Assembly (NCBI RefSeq): GCF_037042905.1
Contig: NW_026974140.1
Span: forward strand, 10,540,001 to 10,604,000
Length of the DNA: 64,000 nt
From: Lytechinus pictus
Taxonomy: Eukaryota
Reading direction: 5' to 3'
Shown here in pieces: positions 37,754 through 52,700 of the stretch; positions within the stretch are counted from its first letter, which is position 1, and the number at the start of each line of letters is the position of its first letter. Both the position numbers and the translations under genes were made by a program. The notes below the pieces were generated by a model that searched no databases, was not told the DNA's origin, and worked only from the letters and a program-made list of their open reading frames with translations.

Positions 37754-40700
37754 CTGATGAAAAAATGAAAATATAAATAAATGCTTTTTATTTCTTGACC
37801 ATTTCATAATCATAGATTATCAAACACTTCCTAAATTTAATAAAATGCATTCTCAAAATCTATACTTGGAGCTAATATCATATCCTTGAACTTTGTGTGA
37901 CAAATAGTAGGAAAAATCATTAAAACTATTGATGAAGATTTGAGGGAAATCAAATCTTCAGTATATCAATAGACAAATTATTTCACATTCGCTCTTGAAA
38001 GAAAGAAAAATAAGTCATCACGAACCATGAAAACTTTGAAATTTCTGCACTTTATATCACAAAACATATATGGCAGCTGCTCGTACATGACGTCACATAT
38101 CAAAAATTTAAAATTCTAATAACTTTCTTCATATTTGATGGATTCTGGTCAAACCTTCATCAATATTTTCTATCAATTTTTATTCTATTTTTTACAACTA
38201 AATTTTTGTCTGGGTGAACTTCCCCTCTAATCCTTTGAACCCGAAAAGACGGAATACAAGCTTCACCATAAACGTGCATATACCCGAAAAGCAAGAATAC
38301 TGGCTTCAAGTCATGTGATTTGAAAAGCAAGGGTTTTAGATATCAGGTGACATTTAAAAATGACATAATTTTTGATGATATTCAGTCGATAATTTCAGTT
38401 TATGATTTTGTCGACAATTGGGTTTCATTTATGAGATTTTAGCATAAAAAATGACCAAATTATACTACCCTACCAAGGAGGCTTGTTCGATAATACATAG
38501 CGAGTTGTATACGGACTATGCGAAAGCTATTGTTGAATTTTACTTCCATCAAAGCAGTGATTTTGAGACAAAATTTGTGATTATCATTAGTACGGGAAGC
38601 TAAACAACATCAGCCGGGCCAGGCCGGGTATCAGCGGAGTAAGGTGCCGCTGACATGGCTGGGCTCAAATCATGACAATACTAGATCATTTATTTCAAAT
38701 GTCATGTATTCCTTCATTTTGCCAATAATCTTTATATCTGTAAATAATTCAGGGTGAGGGTCACGACCGTCCAAATTAATTCAGGGTTCAAAGGGTTAAA
38801 CCAGAGTTAAGAATAATGGTTTATACCTTGTCTTGTATAGTCTTGATATCCTCACCACCTGTATAATGAGGATCTAAAATGAGAAACTTGAGATCTCCGG
38901 AATTCTCGCTGAAATCCACTCCTAAAATAGTGTGGGCAAGAACTCCACCTCCTGAAGGGAAATGAGATTGAAGTAAAAATTAATAACATGATATTAATAG
39001 ATGATACTTGAAGGTTTGCATGGTGGGATGAACAATTACGCAAGTAGTAGCTTTCAAACTCCTTCTAGTTTACTCCGAAAGATACTCCATTTCCTAACTT
39101 CCACATTCTCGCCTCTCCATTGCAATTCCACTCCACCTCTATTCACTTTCATCTCAGTCCTTCCCAGGACTTTGCACATGATGTACCATAAACAATTAAA
39201 TAATGATAGTAACAACGACAACAATTACAATAATAATTATTATGATTATAATAATAATCATCATTATCATTGTTATAATGACAACATAAAGGGTAATTAA
39301 TAGGGATGTTTCATAGTGTGGGTGGCATATAATATCCTGTTGTATTTTTACTACAACAGGATAAGAAGAAAACGGAAAGAAGAAAAATATTCCTTGTTGA
39401 ATCTAAGGTCCTCATTTTGTGTTCTTCGATGACATGCATAAAATAAATGATAAAGCAAAATTTGGTAAATAATGAAAATCTCTGATAAATGCAAATTTTG
39501 ATTTTCCAGGCACTGAAGAACTCAGATAAATCTTGGCAAACACAAACTAATACTATGCATCGGTTTGATCAGCAGATATACCTCTGATGTACTGTATTGT
39601 TTATTTGCTGTGATATTCATGGCCGTAACTAAATTTTTCTTTCTTTTTTATCGAGGGGGGAACGTGAAAAATTTCATTTTATGTGAAATTCTATAAATGA
39701 ATTCTTTGTTCTTCTTGAACTCCACATTCTTCTTGGAATTTTCTGTTTTCCATATTGTGGAAAACTGGGAATTTTAGTTGAATTGCATGTTGATTAGATT
39801 TCAATTGGAGTTTATCATACCTATCATTACTGGAGTACCTTGAGTCTGGAAGTGAGCTGCTAATTCCCTTCCTTTCATAGCCATCTCCTCACCGTTTGGA
39901 ATAAACATTATCTTAGATGTGATCTGTTCCAATAAACATAAGTTTTAAAGAGAAAAGACCGGTATATCACTACTGAAGAAAATCACTTGATGTGTCTGAT
40001 GATCTATTAAATGCATTATTAGAATCATTCTATATTTACTTCTAAAATGGCTGTAGTTAATATAATTTATATCATGTGATTCATCTGATGCATGGGAGAG
40101 CTGGCTGCAAATGACATCACAAATATAAAGTCTTAAAAATCCATAACTCTCTTTGATTTTCTTTGCCAAATCTTCATTTATATATATCATCTGTTTTCTT
40201 GTTTTTATCAAAATCACCTTTAGGTAAAAATAAACCCTTCTAAAAAATGAAGCCACAATGCCACAATAAAGGGATACCAGGGGCCATTTCAAACTAGCTG
40301 TTAAAACATTATGCGTGACTATACCAACAACTTTGGAGCATTCATCCACATTTTTGTCTGACAACTTGTCAGATATGACGACTTTCCTTGATATTGATTG
40401 GCTGAGACTTTGGTAACTGTCAGATAAAACAGAATGTGTAAAGAATTTTTTTTGATAAGTCCTTTCATGAAATGTTCCGCGGTGACCCTTTCTTGTGCTA
40501 AAGGAGATACCCTAGATTGTCTGATTTGATATGATGGGAGTGCATTTCAATCATAATCAAATTCTTGAATATTGAATTACCGAGGTAATAATGAGGATCT
40601 TACCCCTAGGAGTTGATTTAAGACTGTGCTGACTTCTATTGATCCAATCCATTGCCTTGATCCAACAAACTTGGCTTGCTTGTCACCAACATCAACTAGT

Positions 40701-43700
40701 GCTTGCTGAATCTCCTTATGACTCGGAATGGAGCAATCCACATAACCCTATAAATGAGATACATGCTGTATTATAAAACTGTTTCCTCATTTCCGGAAGA
40801 ATGGCCATATAAATTACTTTTAAAATACAATGTTTTACAACCCATTTTTTATGCTTTTTCATTAAACTTGTGTCCCTTCCTATCCTTCTCCTTCCTTCAT
40901 TCTTTGTGTTCTTCATCTTTAATACTTCTCCTTCTTTCTTCTTGTTTTTCTCTTCCTTCTCCTCTTTCTCGATCCTCCTTCTCTTCCTCTTTCCTTTGTT
41001 GTCTTTCTTCCTCTTCTCCTCCTCTTCCTCCTTGTTCTTCTTTTCCATTATTCTCCTTATTCCTCCTCCAACTTTCCTTCCTATTTTCATTCAGTATCAT
41101 TTCTCACACTTTCCCTCTAATATGCAAATGTTTATTTGCTCATGCAGCCCGTTTTATGGAGCAGACTCCAAATTTCCCTGAAAACAATTGATTCTGTTGA
41201 AAAATTCAAAAAACTTAAAACCTACTTATTCAAATTGTACCTTAACTCAACAAAGTGAACTCACCAACACATCATTTTCTTCCCTATATTTTCATAAGCA
41301 AATAGAGACATATTTGTTCTGTGTTATGTGCTCTATTATTATTATTATTATCATTATTATTATTATAAAAATACAAAAATTAGATAATAGAACCTACTGA
41401 TTACCTGTAATTTGAACCATGAGCAGAGAGTTTGTAATGACCTGTATGCACATCCCCATTGATCATCATTAAACCTATCTTGCATATAATGATGATATGT
41501 ATAATTGCCTTGCACGAGAGATTGCTTCCCTCCTGGTACTGTCACAGAGATACAAGAGAACAAAATATATTCAAAGTCATCTGGGCCTTATATTTTATGG
41601 AGACTGGATTATTAAAGGGGAATCAAACCTTGGTCATAAAATGTGTGAGAGAGGGTGAAAATAAGAAAATACAGAATGGTGAAAGTTTGAAATAAATCAG
41701 ACAAGGGACAAGAAAAATATGGTTGTTTTAATATTGAGATCCCTAAGGCTATATAGATTTCAAATTGGCAACTGGGTAAGTAAATTATGACAAGGGGCAA
41801 GGACAACTTTTCCATAGGCCATGTACTTCAGGGATTTGCGGTTTTCTCCTATCCCACTGAGGCAGTAATTATTATATACCATATTTTCTAATGTCCTCAT
41901 GAAGAAAAATTACAATTTGAAGTAAAACCTGAAAAAACATTTTGTATGTTGGAGTAAATAAAGAGAAGTCATTGCCTTACATGTACATCACTATGACATC
42001 ATCAGTGCGGCTAATTTGAAGTATCAATAGGTATAGTGATTACCAATTTCTACAACTTAAAAATTCGTATTTCTTCCTTATTGTTTGTCCGATACAATTC
42101 ACCATCTATCTGAGTTTTCTTTTTGCTCTACAAACAACTTTTTAGTTATGTTGGGTTCACCTCTAACTGTTTACCCCATACTTTGTTTAAAGCACTGGAA
42201 AGACTGTAATAGAGACTTCTTTGAAGGACAGCAAATATAGGTGTAGCACCTGTGAGAAATACTTTGGTCAAACATGCTTAGCCTCAGACAAAGGCCAGAT
42301 AAAGTGAGGTAATGACTTTACTACAAGCCAATGGTTGGAGGGAGCTTCCAGTCATTGGCATTCATTCATTATGTTTATTACTCATATATTCCATTCTACT
42401 CTTGGTTATTGACAGCAACTTTTGTAAGAGTCAAATTTCCAATCAACATGTTTCTATTATCAATTCTTTCTACTGCAAATATGATGTCTCAATAGTAGAG
42501 GACAATATTTCGTACACTCATGTCTACAATAAATCTTCAGAATACACTATTATTTTCAGTACCAAAGCACCATGACTAAGTAATGTCGCGCCTGGAATCA
42601 AGCTGCATATGGACATTACTAACAGGTTCCCGAAGACAGAGGTTCAAGCCCTGATTCACATCTCTCAGATGGTAACATCAAGGGTCAGTCAGATTATGTG
42701 TTAACCCTAAAAGGACTGCCCCCCCCCTCAACGATTCATGCGATATTTCCAAAATGCAAAAAGATAGCGCCGCAAAATTTATTGACTTATTTCTTTAAAG
42801 TCTCGCACAACTTTTGAGACCAAATTCGTTCGCGACATACGGGTACAGCATCGCGAAGCGGCGTGACTTTTTACAAGACAATGTTATGCCGTACGAAGTC
42901 TATGGGAGATGAAATTTCTAAAAGGGTGATTATTTTCTGTTTTAGTTGGTCTCCTTAATTAATTTAGGGTTTAATTTAGTTGTTAAATAGTCTGTAATAA
43001 TTTCCATTAAAAAAAAAAGAAAAACAAAAGATGAAAAAACAGGGAAATACATAAGCTTTCACAATTTTTGTTCGTGGAAACCTTTAAAGTAGATTATACA
43101 GATGATATCTGGAAAAAAAGAAGAAAATTTGAAGCAAAATTGGGTGTTAAATATGCAAATAATATTTTTGCGGGGATAAATTTGTATATTTTAGTCATAA
43201 TAAATAAAAAATTCTTATTTTCAGAACTTTTTTTCATAGTGGCTTGTAGTTTATGTGGTAAGAATGTGCGGGCCAAATTTCGGCGTGAATGCGCGAACGG
43301 CGGCTGAGATTAGAAGGGGGGCCATCATGGCCCCACCCCCCAGTCCTCAATACATCTCACATGGCCCAATCCTTTTAGGGTTAAATTACAGATACAACGT
43401 TGGCATTTCAGCATGACTCTCAAGTCATACTTAACTCTATGTGAACCAAGTCTTCCAGAGGGTCCTGCATAACATACCCTCCTCCACTTTGATATACAGT
43501 GCACCTCGCTAGATGGTGAGATTCCATTATACTCAGCCGGGGATCTAACCTACAACCTCCTGTTCATGAGGCTCTAACACTGGGCCACCAAGCCCAAACA
43601 AAAATGCACACACAAACTGAAATGCAAATCATGCAACATAAATATAATGCTATCAATTATTAATCATATATAAAATATGGAAGGCACTTCAGTCACCTAC

Positions 43701-46700
43701 TCAATAGAAATTCAAGTTTCTCAATCAAAGTGGGAAGCTCTACAGAACTCATTTACTAATCAAGACTTACCTCCAGAGGGCAGTAGACCAATATGTGTGT
43801 TCATGAGATAGACATGTTTCTTCTTCTCCTCAGGAAACAAGTATGTATTCAATCTTCTAAGGAGTGGTCTATCCTGGGGGAGGATGAATTGCTGATGAAG
43901 TGATTGCCTTGTCGATTCTGAATGGAAAACAAAAGCAACATATATACTTCAAGAAGATACTATTTAGTAGAGTCCCCAGTCTTGATACACTTAGGGTACA
44001 AAATTTTCATTTTTTTTAGGAAATGACATATTCACGATACGTGGGAAGCTGCTGGCACATGACGTCACACAAAATCAAAAAGAACAAATTTTAATAACTT
44101 TTCAAATCTTATGGATTTTCCTCACACCTTCCCCAATATTTTTTATTATTTTTTCTTCTATTTTTTTACGATAAACTTTTTGCCAGGGTGAACTTTCCAT
44201 TTGAGTGATGGTACATGTACTGCTGACATAAGCGAAAGTGTTCCAGTCTTGGATGACCCTTTGGCTAAACAAATAATTCCAGACATCAAATCTCATGTGT
44301 TGTTTATCAAATTGGCCTCATTTTTACTTTGTCTATTAACATCTCACCACAAGCAAAAATTCAAGCGGTGACCCATTTGTTCAGGGGGGGATAAACTATT
44401 GTTTCATCCCTCCCCCCACACTTGAATAGTATGACGTCATGTAATTACTCCCATGATCTTACCCAAATCATGATCACTGACTCCAGAAGGATATACAACA
44501 GTCAATAAATGATGCAGTCCCATCGGTTTGAAATGGTGTGCTTCAGGCTTGCATATATCATGTTTCTATAAGGCAGAAAAAATTAAGAGATTCAGCTTTC
44601 AATTTTGGAAGAAATATACTTTATTCTTAAAATATGAGATATTCAAGTTCATACAAAGAAGAACACAAAATAATATTTTTTCTTACCAGTATACAGATGA
44701 TCCCCATCACTTGATCTATATCAGGCCTGAGAGTGGCCCTTTTAAAAAATATCTGTTTTTTGAGAACGTAGGGAGCGAAGTGACCAGAGTCTCGCACCTA
44801 ACGGCCGAGACCAGGGGCAACGCCCCGGAGGGGGTCTCCACAGACTCCCTTTTTAATTAGAAAAAACAAATATTTTATTTCAAGAATTCAATTTAGTTTT
44901 AGGCCAAGGCATATTTTGTAATGAAATAATTGTGTAGTAAAATCTGACTGAACCAAAAAAATCAAACATTTATCCATTCTATCAAGAGAAAAAACAGGCA
45001 AACATTGACAATCTTATTCATGCAATTTCACCACACAGTGGTTTCTAATTGAGGACAAGGTTATATCATATTCATAACCTTGTAGTTGTACATTGGATAA
45101 GTGAGGCTAGATCAGTCTAAACTATATCTAATTGATAATTGATACATGTTTTTATTATCTAGATCTAGATTATGATTTTTATTTAGATTCGGCCATGTGT
45201 TGCTTGATCATGCTCCAGCCGCCATTCGCGTACATGACTTCCTTATTACACCACGTACAGTATAGCTTTACTGGGTTTCTCAATTTTCCGTATGCACCGG
45301 GGTATGCACTCACTTGCCACCCTTCCATCCATTGATTTTTCAACCCACTTCCAAGTCCATTTCTCACGAACTGAAGCGTCAATCCCTTTCACCCTCGCCT
45401 CTTCACCTCAATCAAGAAATTTCCGTTGAAAAGCCATAATTTTTCACAATCTTTTCTTGTTTTTTTTTCGCTCGCACGGAAGAACTCCCGAATCGACAAA
45501 TCACCGTAATCATGGCTAGCGCTAACCCAGGGAGCTCCCGCCGCGCCCCCATAGCTTCGCGGGCCAGAGTTCCCTGGGTTATCCTAGCGCCTGCATGCAT
45601 GAATTGAATGCAGCCATCGCGCGCGCACGGAGTGCACGCTGTTTCCTCCACTGCAACGTACGCGTGAACGGTCTGGTGGGTAATACAAAATGGCAGCGCC
45701 CATGATCATTACCGACCGTGTGCGATTAAACTTCAAATAGCCGTTGAAGAATCAAGTTTTCGAATGCATGACGGCAATTTTCATAAAAATGAACGACAGC
45801 AAGTTGCCAGAACTTATAATTTTGTGTGAATTTGGGCGCAATGTGCCCTTCATTTTCTAGCAATTTTTGCGAATAAGGCATTGAAAATAGACACCCTAAC
45901 CCCCCTTAATTTTATACCGGATTTACATCGATCTCAAAGACCACCTATGTTGGTGAAAAAATGTCGGGAACCCGATAAATATCGGGGAAATCTCAGGCCT
46001 GATCTATATAATATTAAAAAACAATACATTTCATTTGTCTATTCAAGAATGAATATGAGTTTGTTGTGGTATACTATGGTTGTTCCTTCACTTGAAATCA
46101 ATACGTTGTAGATAATGAGAATACATAAATCTACTAATAGCTAAAACATTTATGCTCTGTAAACCCTTATTATTTCTGAATGAAATTCATACAAAAGTAA
46201 TATTCTGAGATAAAAAACGATCTACACCCACAGGATACAGATGTCTTTTTGAGTGCTGCAAGACACTTACATGTATGTCCAATCCAAATCAAGTTAATAT
46301 GTCACAATAATGAAGTGCAAGTCTTTTCATTTCTATAACAAGCTCACTATCAGCCAATCAGATTGAAAGATTTCTGTAGATTTTATCTGTTATTGTAAAT
46401 TTGTTATTATAACAAGTTTTATGGAACAGGCCCCAGATTTGCAACTGTACCCATGTATCCCAAAACACATCCACAGGACTACATTACTCACTTCAAAATG
46501 TCTTGCTATGCATATCTCCATAGCGCGTAGTTGCCTGCAGACTCCTTCAATGAAGAGAGAGGATAGGTGTGAGAGCGATGATGATGCGGGTGCCATGACA
46601 ACCACATCTAGAGGCAGGTTCATAGCAAGATGGTGCATCTCAGTGGGGTCTAACAAGAAACATGATAAGAGAATGGAAGTCAATGTAAAAACCTAGAACT

Positions 46701-49700
46701 CGCTCAGATATTGAAATAATAAATAATAATATGGGTTTTGTATAGCGCAAGTATCCACCTTGTTAGATGCTCAAGGTGCTCCTATATTAGCCCAGCTAAA
46801 CTAGTCTACCATTTCCGGTGCTCACAGCTCTTTAAAGGTCAAGTCCACCCCAGGGAAATGTTGATTTGAATAAATAGAGAAAAATCAAACTAGCATAACG
46901 CTGAAAATTTCATCAAAATCGGATGTAAAACAAGAAAGTTATGGCATTTTAAAGTTTCGCTTATTTTTCACAAACCAGAGATATGCACAACTCAGTGACA
47001 TACAAATGAGTCAGTCGGTGATGTCCATTACTCACTATTTCTTTTGTTTTTTTCATTTTTTGAATTATACAATATTTCATTTTTTTCCAAATTTGACAAT
47101 TGGACCAACTTGACTGAACCATATAGTATTCAACAATGCCAATTCCACATGTTCAGGGAGGAATTAATCGTTGTTTCACTCGATAATGAGGAGAAAATTA
47201 GAATATTTCATTTTTCATATAAAAAACAAAAGAAATAGTGAGTGGATGATGTCATCAGTCTCCTCATTTGCATACCGACCAGGATGTGCATATAACTGTT
47301 TTGTGAAATTAAGTGAAAATTTAAAATGTCGTAACTTTCTTACTTTACATCCGATTTTTTTAAAGGAAATTTTCAGTGTTGTGCTTGTTGGATTTTTTTC
47401 TTTTTATTCAAATCAACATTTTCCTGGGGTGGACTTGTCCTTTAAGAAATTACTTCCTGCCAATGCCCATTTACCTTTATAATACCTGGGTTGAGTGCAG
47501 CACAATACGGTACTAATAGTTACATTTATATAGCGCTTGATACATTCTGTTTCTAGGCGCTTTACATAGCATTTATTATTACCCCTTTCATCAGATCCTG
47601 GCATGCCTACACAAAATGTATACACTTTCTCCACTCCCTGGGGAGCACCATATTCCACATGGTGATAAATGCAATAACATGTCCTTTTTCTATCATACAC
47701 GTAATACAAGGAGGAACATATATAGGGACAGTGATTTTCCGTTTCAAAAAATTGCCTTTTCCGTTTCAGAAAATCTCAAATTCCGTTTCAGCATGTCAGA
47801 AAACGGAAATTCTGTTTCCCCATAGACTTTGTACACACGGAAAAGTGACATTTCCGTTTACACATTGAATAGCAAAATTTGTATCTGCTACTGTACCAAC
47901 AACACAATAGAATCCGTTCGAATCGGATCTATGCAGGTGCATAAAATATATTTACGAACCCATTTAGCATGCATACATCCTCACCTTTCACATTATTAGC
48001 ATTATTTCACGGTGAAATGATATTTTATCGATAATTTTGGGGTTTTTTGGACATCGTTATCATCAGTCAACGGCTTTTGCCAATCCACCATCTTGGATTT
48101 TAAGACCACGATATCGTGCTGTTACATTTTCAAACGTAGAGGGCAGCAACACACGACCGTGTAGTTGAACGATATGTGTGCATGTACTATGTGAAGCCCA
48201 ACCCGGCCGGCCGGGTGCGGGGTACAATCGAGTGTGCTGATGTCGAGTGCAGTCACGATGTGTGAATTGTCATGATAGTAGCGAAGTGAGATCGTGTTTT
48301 CTGGGGTTTTGTGGCCATTTAATATTCTCATTTTGTTGTGATTTTGGAGTAATATCTGTTGCTATTCTGTGTATTTTGAGGGAAAATACGTTTTCCGTGA
48401 TTTTCCGTTTGAAATGCCACTTTCCGTTTCAAAAGGCCCTTTCCGTGAATTCCGTCCATTTTCCGCGATCGCGGAAAATCACTGTCCCTACATATATCTC
48501 ACATATCTCATAAATGTTTTGATCATTGAAAATCAAGAATTTAAGAAGACAGCTTGGGAGAGAAATTTCTTTGTATTGTCGTAAACGGGAGAAAGAGAGA
48601 ATGAATATCACAAGAGATGCAAAACTTACAATCATTGTAGAAAACAACAGGGATGTGTGTGTCTTCTTCTGTTGTTTGTGCAGAGCCTGTCTTGAAAAGA
48701 ATCTTCACATCAAGAACCTGTTCACACACACAAATATAAACAAATCTTAACATATTTCAAACTAATAAGTATAGTACAATAGCTATTCTTTGAATATTTT
48801 AAGAACAGATTCAAATAAACAACTAAGATTATGTCCTGCTTTATACAAGGAATCTGCTTATTAAAGAGGAAGTTCACCCTGACCAAAAGTTTGTTGTAAA
48901 ATAGCAAAAAAATGATTTAAAAATTGGTGAAGGCTTGAGAAACATCCAACAAAGATAAAGAAAGTTTTTAGAATTTTAGGTTTTTGATTTGTGACGTATG
49001 TCATATACAAGCAGCTGCCCCATATGTTATGTAGTGTCAAATGCATAAATTTCAATTTTGTTAATGGTTCATGATGACTATTTTATTTTTTCTTTTTCAG
49101 GAGTGGATGTGAAATAATTTGTCTATTGATATACTGAAGTTGAAATAAAAAATCAGTCTCAATTTTCAGAGAAAATGACATTTGATGAATTTTTACCATA
49201 GATATGTAAAAAAGCTGCGCGCATATGACATCACAAATCCAATAATTGGAATTCTAGTGGTCAACTTCTTTAATCTTTGATAGATTTTCTAAAAACCTTA
49301 GCCAATATTTTTTAATTATTTTTTCTTCTACCAGTACTTTTACAATGAACTTTTTGCCAGGGTGAACTTCCCATTAAGGGTATTCCTCCATTTTTATGTT
49401 TATATGTACTGTGCCATTACTGTATTACATTTAAAATGTACGCTGGTATTCTAGAGATGAAAAAATAAAATTGAAATTAAGATTCTCAACGAAGAACCTA
49501 ATTACAGTGACAGCTCTGATAAATTTTCCTGTCAAAAATCTATTCACACAAACAATATAAACTGATCTTCATGTAATTTTACACAAAATGAATATATCAT
49601 TCACATTTCATTACTATACCTGACCATCTAGTTTAGTTTTTTTCTTCTTCTTCTTTTCACCAGCCACTCCAAACCCATCATCTTCTTCATCATCCTGAAG

Positions 49701-52700
49701 ATGCTGTAGAACATCTTGGATACAGTTGCTAGGAGATAGTGGTCCCATGACATTGGAAGATGAGGATGAATCGGGTAGACCACCGATTAGAATACTTGTC
49801 TGCTGGATGTGGTAGAGGGTCGATGAGGACTGAAGCTGGTTCTTGAGAAAGTTATACTGAAGCAGAAATACATTGGGTAACTCTGCCAAAAGAAATAGTG
49901 AGAGAAATCTGAAGATGGTCATGGGGTTGATTGTGAAAGAAACTTTCTTAGATTAATTGGGAAAGATTGTTATGATAGATAATGCACACAAAAATTGGTG
50001 TTTGCAAACACTAATTCTTGTGTGCATTATAATAATATTAAGCAACATTTGTATAGCGCTTAATACAAATGTTTCTAAGCACTGCATACTATTACCCAGG
50101 CGTTAGCACAGCTACCATGATTGGACGCTCAAGCATTCAAGGAATTCCTTCCTACCGGGTACCCATTTATTACACCTGGGTGGAGAGTGACAAATGGAGA
50201 TAAACGCCTTGCAAAAGGATGCGAGTGCTACGGTGGGATTCGAACCCAGACCTTGTGGCTCAAAGTCTGGAGACTTATCCACTGAGCCACACCACCTCTA
50301 CATTATAACAGTCTTAAATGATGTTGAGTCTCTGGAACATCAGTAATTTCTATCAAATTCCTAGCTCAACAGATGATCTTTAAGGAGTCACACTCACCGG
50401 ACTTATTCTTGTATGAGCATTTCATGCTGAGTTCCGATCTAATTCTGAAAATCAAGACACTCTGCTCCCAGCTTGTACAATCTGATACGACTCTCAGATC
50501 ACATGACGTACGCTGACCAGTCTCAAGCTCGTATAAAACTGCCTTCTCCTCTAATTTCTCTTCCTCTTCGTTTGTGAACAAAAGCACCACTCTGCCAGAT
50601 GGGAAGAGTTTCTGGGGTAATAAAAATGACAGATTGAAATAGCAATGGTGAAATTGGGTTTTAGATTTTCTTTTCTTGATAGATGTCTTTCAATGACTAA
50701 AATTTGTATGGAATGGTCCCATGTGATTGCATGCTTGCCTTGGCTGAACAGTACAAAGGTGGTTGGTATGAACTTGGCAAAAATATGTGATATGTACTAT
50801 TGATTGAGTGCATGTCTGATTTGACTTATTTGACTACCCCCCCCCCAAAAAAAAAGGTCTTTTCACAATCCCGGGTTAAGAAAATTACAACCCATTTCCC
50901 ATAGAATCTGACGGTAACATGTTTTTAATGATTTATACTGTATACCGTACGCTTATGATAACATGTCTCCAATAATTTCTTTATTAGTGGTCAGGTATTT
51001 TTAAAAATCCCATTTCTTTTCACAATTCTGGGTTCAGAAAATTACAATCCACTTCCCATATAATCTCATAATAATTATGTTTTTAATAATTTCTATTATT
51101 AGCAGTCAGATAACCCCAACAAAAGCCTTCAATGGGTCACTGATTCACAAAGACCCCATGTTATGTTCACAAAAAATACAATACAAAAAGTATATACAAG
51201 TTGGAGCAAGCCATCTGAGGAACAAGTTTAACAATTAAAAAACAAGCTCTACATGTATATTATTAGGCACTGATTCTAGGCCATGTTGCAAAAATAGTTG
51301 CAATCAAAAGCAACTCTTAAAACCAAAGACAACTTGATTTTCTACCATTCTGCAGAGTGTTCCATCCCTGTTTGTAATCTTATAGATTCTTAGATTTAAC
51401 CTGATATCCAAAAATACCAATGACACTGTTTATAATTATGTGACTGTGGATGAGGTTAATTACCTTACAATATGTTCCGTTCATTAAAATGTTATGACAT
51501 GTTCTATTCATTATTTTTGTCTTTAAGTTCAGTTTAGGTAACATCACTACATGTAGATTGTGCTCATCAAATGTTAGTGAACCCCACCACAAAATGCATT
51601 CCGTCATGCTGAGTGTTGTAGTGAATGTAGACAAGAACACAATGTCTAGCAAGCCAAGAGCAACAAATTTTGTTTTATCACCTGACTTCACAATTAAATA
51701 TCTCAAACATTAAAGAACTTTAACACTTTTATCTAAACTTTTTAGCATCACTGTAGATCTAGAATAATGTGCTAACTTTGGTTTTACAGACTTTCTAATG
51801 AAACCTGTTTTTCCTGCAACTACTTTCATTTATATGAAACTCTTTCTGCACTTCCTGTCAAAAATGAATATTCTAGTGCCTCACCTTGGCAATTTCTCCT
51901 GTGATCATTTCTGTAACATAGCTTGAAAGAGGAGTTCCAGAAGATTGTGGAAGAAATAAACCGCATACATTCACCCCTGAAATGGAAAAAAAACATTATT
52001 TGTGCATGACACTTGAAAGAAGAAAGAACATTAACGTCCAGATATATTTCAATTTCTAATCGTAAATTCTCTAATAATTAAAATGATACCAAAGTATTGA
52101 ATGATGGGTGAAAATAATTCAAAGAATTCCAACAAAACCATATTTTTTTCACGATTGAAACTTTCTCTACATTCTCATAAAAATGTACCACTGACATCTG
52201 AAGAGTTTTAAAGATGAAATGGATAAATTGACGTATTAAAGAAGGATTGAATGATAAATTTACTACTCACCTGCTGGGAGGTATGAGTTGATGATGATGG
52301 CTTCTTCAGACAGATCTCTCCCTTCTCCAAGCTGAGAGCAGCTCAAAATTTTCTCGTTTTCTCCATCACATGATGAACCAATCAAAACTAATGTCTTGGC
52401 AAAGTTGAAACTCTGGATTTGCTATAAAAGAATATGAAATAAAAGCCTTACATTTAGATAAGGTGTATTCATTGTCCAAAAAAATAAATAGTAATAATTG
52501 TAGAAATAATAATGGAAAAATACTTGTGTAGGGATTGATTTTGTAACTTATATTTCTTTCCACTCTTATTCAGGAATCATCCCTTTTTTCTAATAGAACA
52601 TCCCTCATTTATATTCACCCTTTTCATCCTAACTTCCAATTCTTCATGTACAGCTCTCTCTTACACATTGACTGCTGTACACTCCTCACACAAGATTCTT

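Noticed and set aside
40716-41191. Overlapping ORFs of 67-145 aa
   Set aside because: Translations of a CT-rich low-complexity intron tract; only 40604-40747 is a real exon.
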